Shown: in pieces, positions 58,732 through 64,000 of the stretch
How positions within the stretch are numbered: the first letter of the stretch is position 1
Layout of the letters: each line of letters begins with the position of its first letter
Assembly (NCBI GenBank): GCA_963789265.1
Contig: CAWBKB010000004.1
Span: forward strand, 160,001-224,000
Length of the DNA stretch: 64,000 nt
Direction of reading: 5' to 3'
Source: an uncultured delta proteobacterium
GTDB taxonomy: Bacteria; Desulfobacterota; Desulfomonilia; Desulfomonilales; Desulfomonilaceae
Position numbers and translations under genes: made by a program
Notes under the pieces: generated by a model
Databases searched by the model: none
Seen by the model: the letters and a program-made list of their open reading frames with translations, nothing else
Told to the model about the DNA's origin: nothing

Positions 58732-60696
58732 ATGAATGAACGAAAACCCGTCCGCAAGCTTATTCAGCGCCCCAAAAACGGACAAACAAGAGCCGCGATG
58801 TTGGGGCCTGTATCCAACCTTGAAGAACACGTCAGTCCCGACTGGTGGCGCTCGATCTTTAACGCTCTTTATCTCAAAACGGATGCGGATGTCGTGGCGG
58901 ATGAGAATATCACCAGTGCTGAAGTCGGTTTCTTTGTCGCTGCGGCCGAACTTTCACAAGATGCGAAAATTCTGGATTTGTGCTGCGGACAAGGGCGTCA
59001 TTCGCTGGAATTGGCCCGCAAGGGGTTCAGGAACGTTGAAGGGCTGGACCGGTCCCGATATCTCGTAACCAAGGCGAGGGCTCTCGCGACCAGAGAAGGA
59101 CTCGGTGTCAAATTCAGGGAGGGGGACGCAAGAAAGACGCACTATCCGCCGGACACCTTCGACTGCGTCATGATACTCGGCAACAGTTTCGGTTATTTCG
59201 AGACCGTTAGAGATGACCTTCAGGTGCTTAAAGAGGTGTTCAGAATTTTGAAGCCGAATGGTCGATGCCTGCTCGACGTGACAGACGGCGATTACCTGCG
59301 GGACAGGTTTCAAACCCGGTCCTGGGAATGGATTGACAAAAAGCATTTCGTTTGCCGGGAGCGGTCTCTTTCAGCGGATGGGGAGCGCCTGATTTCGCGG
59401 GAGGTGGTTACAAACAGCAGCAAAGGAGTGATCGCCGACCAATTCTATGCGGAACGACTGTACTCCAAGGAAGGGATTGTCAGTTTACTCAAAGAAGCCG
59501 GTTTCAGAGATTGCACGGTTCATGGCCAAATTTCGCCCAATTCCCTGCGCAACCAGGACCTGGGGATGATGGAGCAGCGCATAATAGTTACAGGTCGAGT
59601 CGAAAAGGCCTTTACGCGGCCCAGGGTGAAACGTGCCCAAGGTGTGAGGAACGTTGTGGTCCTTTTTGGTGATCCGAGCAAGCCCGATCCTCTAAAGCCG
59701 TCAGCGGTCTTTGATGAAGATGATTTCTACACAATCCAGCAAGTAAAGTCCGCGCTCGAAGGCCTGCCGCATTACAGATTCAAATACCTCGATAACCATG
59801 ACACTCTCATACACGACTTAAAGAAAATGAACGGCAAAATTGACCTTGTCATGAATCTGTGCGACGAGGGTTACGGAAACGATCCGCGGCAAGAGCTGCA
59901 CGTTCCCGCGCTGCTGGAACAATTGGATCTGCCCTATACCGGCGCAGGCCCACAGTGCTTGGCTTACTGCTACGACAAATCTCTGGTTCGGGGCATTGCC
60001 AAGGAGATGAAAATCCCCGTGCCACGGGCCTTCTTTGTAAGGCCGGAAGACAGCACCTTCGAGCTGCCTTTCTCTTTTCCAGTCTTGATAAAACCCAACT
60101 TCGGCGATTCGAGCTTCGGCATCACGCAGCGAAGTGTGGCGAGTAGCCTGGAAGAAGCTCTAAATGCCATCTCGGAAATTCGTTGCAAGTTTGGGTACGA
60201 TAAGCCGATACTCGTGGAGGAATTCCTAACGGGTAACGATATCAGCGTGGGCATTATAGGCAATCCGCTGGAGGGATACAGGGTCCTGCCGGTTTCGGAG
60301 GAAGATTATTCCGACCTATCCGAAGATTTGCCACGGATCTGTGGGTATGAAGCAAAGTGGCGGCCAGATTCCCCGTACTGGAAAGTGAAATCAGTTCCTT
60401 CGTTTCTGCCTGAAGACGTTGAAAAATCAGTAGTGGAATGGTGCCTGAGACTGTTCGAGAGGCTGGAATGCAGGGATTATTGCCGCTTCGACTGGAGATT
60501 AGACATAGAGGGCAATCCGAAACTTCTCGAAGTGAACCCGAACCCGGGCTGGTGTTGGGACGGCCACTTGGCGAAAATGGCAGGCTTTGCCGGGATATCT
60601 TACAGAGACATGCTAGGAGCAATTCTGAGTGCTGCAGAAACAAGGCTGGGAATCCAAACCAACGGGCGGCAACTCCGCGGATCGCAGTCCGCTTGA
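58732..60696 (+). CDS. Class I SAM methyltransferase fused to a D-Ala-D-Ala-ligase-like ATP-grasp domain
   Basis: LDLCCGQGRH and GNSFGYF; then PYTG, KPN..SS.GI, VEEFL, RFDWR and LEVNPNPG. Confidence 0.85.
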   Translation: MNERKPVRKLIQRPKNGQTRAAMLGPVSNLEEHVSPDWWRSIFNALYLKTDADVVADENITSAEVGFFVAAAELSQDAKILDLCCGQGRHSLELARKGFRNVEGLDRSRYLVTKARALATREGLGVKFREGDARKTHYPPDTFDCVMILGNSFGYFETVRDDLQVLKEVFRILKPNGRCLLDVTDGDYLRDRFQTRSWEWIDKKHFVCRERSLSADGERLISREVVTNSSKGVIADQFYAERLYSKEGIVSLLKEAGFRDCTVHGQISPNSLRNQDLGMMEQRIIVTGRVEKAFTRPRVKRAQGVRNVVVLFGDPSKPDPLKPSAVFDEDDFYTIQQVKSALEGLPHYRFKYLDNHDTLIHDLKKMNGKIDLVMNLCDEGYGNDPRQELHVPALLEQLDLPYTGAGPQCLAYCYDKSLVRGIAKEMKIPVPRAFFVRPEDSTFELPFSFPVLIKPNFGDSSFGITQRSVASSLEEALNAISEIRCKFGYDKPILVEEFLTGNDISVGIIGNPLEGYRVLPVSEEDYSDLSEDLPRICGYEAKWRPDSPYWKVKSVPSFLPEDVEKSVVEWCLRLFERLECRDYCRFDWRLDIEGNPKLLEVNPNPGWCWDGHLAKMAGFAGISYRDMLGAILSAAETRLGIQTNGRQLRGSQSA

Positions 60697-60723
60697 CGCG
60701 AATTCAGCTTGAAGCCGAGAAAA

Positions 60724-60761
60724 TCAGGTAATGGCAGGCTGTTGAGCCTGCCATTACCTGA
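60724..60761. terminator. Perfect 17-bp hairpin after the methyltransferase/ATP-grasp gene
   Basis: TCAGGTAATGGCAGGCT-GTTG-AGCCTGCCATTACCTGA. Confidence 0.55.
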
Positions 60762-61113
60762 ATAAACGGATTTCTGCACCAAGGACTAATGCTGCTGCTT
60801 TGGCGTAGTCTCATTTCAGGACGCCGTGATACCAACTCCCATAGCTAGAAAGCTACAACGAAACATGAAAACGTCAGTAGGAGCGGCATCTTGCCGGTCG
60901 GTAAAAGGACGTTTTCATAGAAATCCGCATTCAAAGTCCCCCCGTCCTCCCTTTATTAAAGGCGGGGTAGAGGGGATTTCATTTTAACTTTGAACGCGAA
61001 CTGGTATGAGTTGTCCCGCGCCCTCGGATTCTTGAAGATTTCGTCAAAAAAATTTAGCTTACCGTTGCTTTGACGGCGTCTCCAATCCGGTCTCAAATAA
61101 TTACATGCCGGAC

Positions 61114-61305
61114 TTACTTCATCTTGGCAGGTTTCTTACATTCCTTGCAGCTTTTTACCACTTCACCCTTCATTTTATCGCACTTCGCCTGGGTGACTTT
61201 GTGGCATTTGCCCTTGGCGCAGCAGTCGACCTTTTTCGCGGCCATTGCCAATGGAGCAGCCGCCATAAAGGCCATCAGAGTTAACAGCATAAAAAATTTC
61301 TTCAT
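61114..61305 (-). CDS. Small secreted Cys/Lys-rich protein (63 aa)
   Basis: RBS GGAGG; signal peptide MKKFF..AMA; mature part has 6 Cys (CC, C, C, CxxC). Confidence 0.7.
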   Translation of the reverse strand: MKKFFMLLTLMAFMAAAPLAMAAKKVDCCAKGKCHKVTQAKCDKMKGEVVKSCKECKKPAKMK

Positions 61306-61504
61306 CAGACGCCTCCCAAACCTAAGGAGATCTAACCGCCACACCATACAAAGTATGGTCGGTGGGGGAATCACGGCATCCTACTCCGCCGTGTTCTTCC
61401 GTTGCAAGACTTTTCTATCGTGCCGCCGAATTTCTTCCCGGCTAAAAATTGATCTTGATACATCAATCTGAATCCCTCAAGTCGTGGACTGCACCTGACA
61501 CTTG

Positions 61505-62605
61505 TCAGGAGAGAGTCCTGGGGCACAGCTTCTCGATGCGCAAAGTGAGTGGCCAGGGCGGGTCCGCAGGCTGTTCGGCAGACTTCAGCCTGACAACGCC
61601 GTAGCCCTTCTGCCGGTAATTCTCGTCATCGTGCATGACCACGGCCTTAGGAACAAATTTCAATTGATATCCGGCGTCAAACAATCTCTTTGAAAAGGAC
61701 ACATCTTCGCCCTGATAAAACCCCAGATCGTCGTTCCAGGCATGATCTTGGAATATGAAATCCTTGTATATTCCATATCCTCCCGTAACATATTGGCATT
61801 TGTCGAAGGCTTCATGGTAGGCCCTCAGAAAAGTGTAGTTTTCAATGATACTTACCCAATCGCAGTATCGGGAGAGATCCGGGTTCACTATAATTCCCGT
61901 GGCAATGTCAAAGTCCCCATTAATGTCCTCCACAGCTTCAGCCCACTTCGGATGTAGTAAGAAATCGTCATCCAAGCTCACGAATTTGTTGAACGCTGCG
62001 GCTCTTGCGAGAACATTGCGCATGGCGCCCAGCCGTCCCTCGGAAGCGGCTCGGTCCATGGGAAACTTTCTGATCCCGTCGTCCGTCCTGAGCCCGTCCA
62101 CACAACCGGCTATGAGGATTTCGTAACGTTCTTCGGCGAGATTCTGATTTCTTATAGACTCTATTAGATTAGCTAACTTTTCGTTGCGTTTGCCGTTGGT
62201 GATGATCCCGAAGCTGTAGCCATGCGGCTTCGAGGATTTTTTGGTCCTGCCGGGAACGGTTGGCGGCAACGCTTTGCCAAAATCGTTCAACAGCGAGATC
62301 CTCTGGGTTAGAGTAAGAATTTCGAGCCTGTGAATAGCAGCAATATCATCTTGAATTTCATTACGCAGGATGTCGATTTCTTGCTTCAACAAGGCCAAGT
62401 CTTTATCGTCCGCGTAACGCATATCAGTGCGTAAAGTTTCGATCTCGCTTTTCACTGAGTTTATGTCACTAAAACGATCTCTTTGTGCCACCTCACGCAA
62501 TTCCTTGAGTTCTCTCTTCAAGATCTGTATTTGTTCGTTTTCGCATGTTGGAAAAATCCTTCTGAGAATCGCGCCCACTCTGTATCGGAGACGCTGAGCA
62601 ATCAT
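61505..62605 (-). CDS. GT2 glycosyltransferase with an N-terminal coiled coil
   Basis: GIITNG, MRN, SLDDD and GEDV. Confidence 0.75.
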   Translation of the reverse strand: MIAQRLRYRVGAILRRIFPTCENEQIQILKRELKELREVAQRDRFSDINSVKSEIETLRTDMRYADDKDLALLKQEIDILRNEIQDDIAAIHRLEILTLTQRISLLNDFGKALPPTVPGRTKKSSKPHGYSFGIITNGKRNEKLANLIESIRNQNLAEERYEILIAGCVDGLRTDDGIRKFPMDRAASEGRLGAMRNVLARAAAFNKFVSLDDDFLLHPKWAEAVEDINGDFDIATGIIVNPDLSRYCDWVSIIENYTFLRAYHEAFDKCQYVTGGYGIYKDFIFQDHAWNDDLGFYQGEDVSFSKRLFDAGYQLKFVPKAVVMHDDENYRQKGYGVVRLKSAEQPADPPWPLTLRIEKLCPRTLS

Positions 62606-63112
62606 GCTGTTTCCTCCTGAGCTTACAACTTCAACTGGAATTGCAGTAATAACCGGGCAGGCCCAACCTGCTCGGGTTTACCGGTCACGCCGTCTCCCTC
62701 GAGCGCCACTCAGAATATTCATAGTAAGTGAGGTCAGATATGCTTCTCCGGCCCAAGAGCGAGCCCAATACCATAATCAGCCGTTCCAACAGGCCAATTC
62801 TTAAGTTGTGGTCTTATGAGGAGCCCAAATTCGGTTTTGCCCGGCTGCTGTCGCTGCCGGGGGGCTCGGCCCTCTCAAATGTAGAGCTTATCTTAATCCA
62901 TATGATAATAGAGGAGACTCAGCAGGAATTCAATATGTTTTTTCGCTTCGCCGTGCTATCCCCAGTACTCTGAAGCCCAAATTCGGTCACGTATTCCGGT
63001 TTCATTGCCGCCGTTCCCGGTTACGCAAGAATCCATTGCAAGGGCACCTATCGTGGGTGCTCGCGACAGGGCGGACACAATCTCGCGTCGCGCGACGGGA
63101 CTGCACCTACCA

Positions 63113-63610
63113 TCAAGCCTTGGGCGATAATTGCCTCGATTCAACGGTCACGTCTTTTATATCCGTCACCATATCCGCTGCGTCGATAATCAATTGAGGC
63201 GGATCTTCGCCCGTCATGATGACATGCACATCCTCCGGACGCTTCGACAAGAAGTCGACCACCTCGTTTGCTGCGATTGCATCATGAGCAAGGAAGTACA
63301 TGAAGTCGCTCAGGACTACCATCTGGTAGCTTCCGGATCCGATCGTTTCTTTGACGAATTGCCAGGCTTTTTGCGCGGCGTCAGGGTCGGGCCATCCGGA
63401 TTTGCTCCGCGAACCGCTTGCTAATGCGTGCACGGCCAGTAAATCTCCGAACTGTTCAGATGAAAGGGATCGGCTGATCCACCGGTCACTTCCGAACTCG
63501 ATCACGCAGACTCTAAGCCCTTGCCCGAGAGCCCTAAAGACTTGCCCGAAAGCTGAAACACTCTTGTCTTTTGCAGAGCCGGTCAGGATTATAAGCAATC
63601 CCTTCTTCAT
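63113..63610 (-). CDS. CobO/BtuR-like adenosyltransferase homolog (divergent)
   Basis: KGLLIILTG..K..SAFG..RA.GQG, RPEDVHVIMTG and ADMVT. Confidence 0.7.
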   Translation of the reverse strand: MKKGLLIILTGSAKDKSVSAFGQVFRALGQGLRVCVIEFGSDRWISRSLSSEQFGDLLAVHALASGSRSKSGWPDPDAAQKAWQFVKETIGSGSYQMVVLSDFMYFLAHDAIAANEVVDFLSKRPEDVHVIMTGEDPPQLIIDAADMVTDIKDVTVESRQLSPKA

Positions 63611-63898
63611 GAGATTCTCCCCCGGCCCTTCTTCCAACCAATCTCTGGAAGTTTGACCCGTGTCCCTCCTTCCAAGGAGGAAAGGGCAATTCGCGTAGCA
63701 GCCGAATCGGCTTTGACCAAAATTCGTATAAGTTGGCCACAGTGCATACAATTTGCAAAGAAGAGTGTCGTTGGTGGCATGCTTTACCTTAAGTGTGTCA
63801 TGCGCTTGACCGCGAAGACACCGGGAATTAATGTTTAATTATAATTCCGTCTCCGCCGCGGAGAGGAAACAATGTTTCGCGAAATGGAGGAGAACGAA

Positions 63899-64000
63899 AT
63901 GGAAGGGGCACACGAACACGCGCATGAGCATGCACACGAACATGGACATAGTCACACCCACGAACACATGCACGGAAGCGAAACCCACACGCATGAACAT
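63899..64000 (+). CDS. His-rich protein, 3'-truncated by the window edge
   Basis: RBS GGAGGA; MEGAHEHAHEHAHEHGHSHTHEHMHGSETHTHEH... Confidence 0.7.
   Translation, partial: MEGAHEHAHEHAHEHGHSHTHEHMHGSETHTHEH

Overview
This 64 kb window looks like an anaerobic Desulfobacterota (Desulfomonile/Syntrophobacter-like) chromosome; the taxonomy is inferred from gene content only. (1) 1-4 kb: an ErcA-like Fe-ADH, a sensor kinase and a sigma54 activator. (2) 4.5-16.5 kb, the highlight: one sigma54-promoter-led operon joining two DUF362-type Fe-S proteins, an Mrp ATPase, three small unknown genes, a mycofactocin-type SDR, an unannotated 41-aa mycofactocin precursor ending -VDGICGIY (Ile-Tyr instead of Val-Tyr), mftB/mftC/mftF and the nickel-pincer cofactor genes larE/larB/larC. 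mftD, mftE and larA are not in the window. The first DUF362 protein carries H165/K175/H191, the same spacing as the LarA pincer-binding residues H174/K184/H200. This suggests an anaerobic mycofactocin-variant system coupled to a nickel-pincer/Fe-S oxidoreductase. (3) 20-33.5 kb (minus strand): a sigma54-led hdr/mvh cluster with a selenocysteine HdrA (CH-UGA-G plus SECIS-like hairpin), an MvhA homolog lacking all Ni-binding Cys and a degenerate molybdopterin subunit. (4) 37.5-43.9 kb: arc-dop-pup-pafA with no 20S proteasome genes and a Pup ending -IEGE. (5) 52-55 kb: an unannotated 51-aa membrane protein with an in-frame UGA, ahead of a SelD-N-like oxidoreductase and a Cys/Sec desulfurase. There are many MITE/REP-like repeats and several single-base frameshifts that are probably assembly errors.
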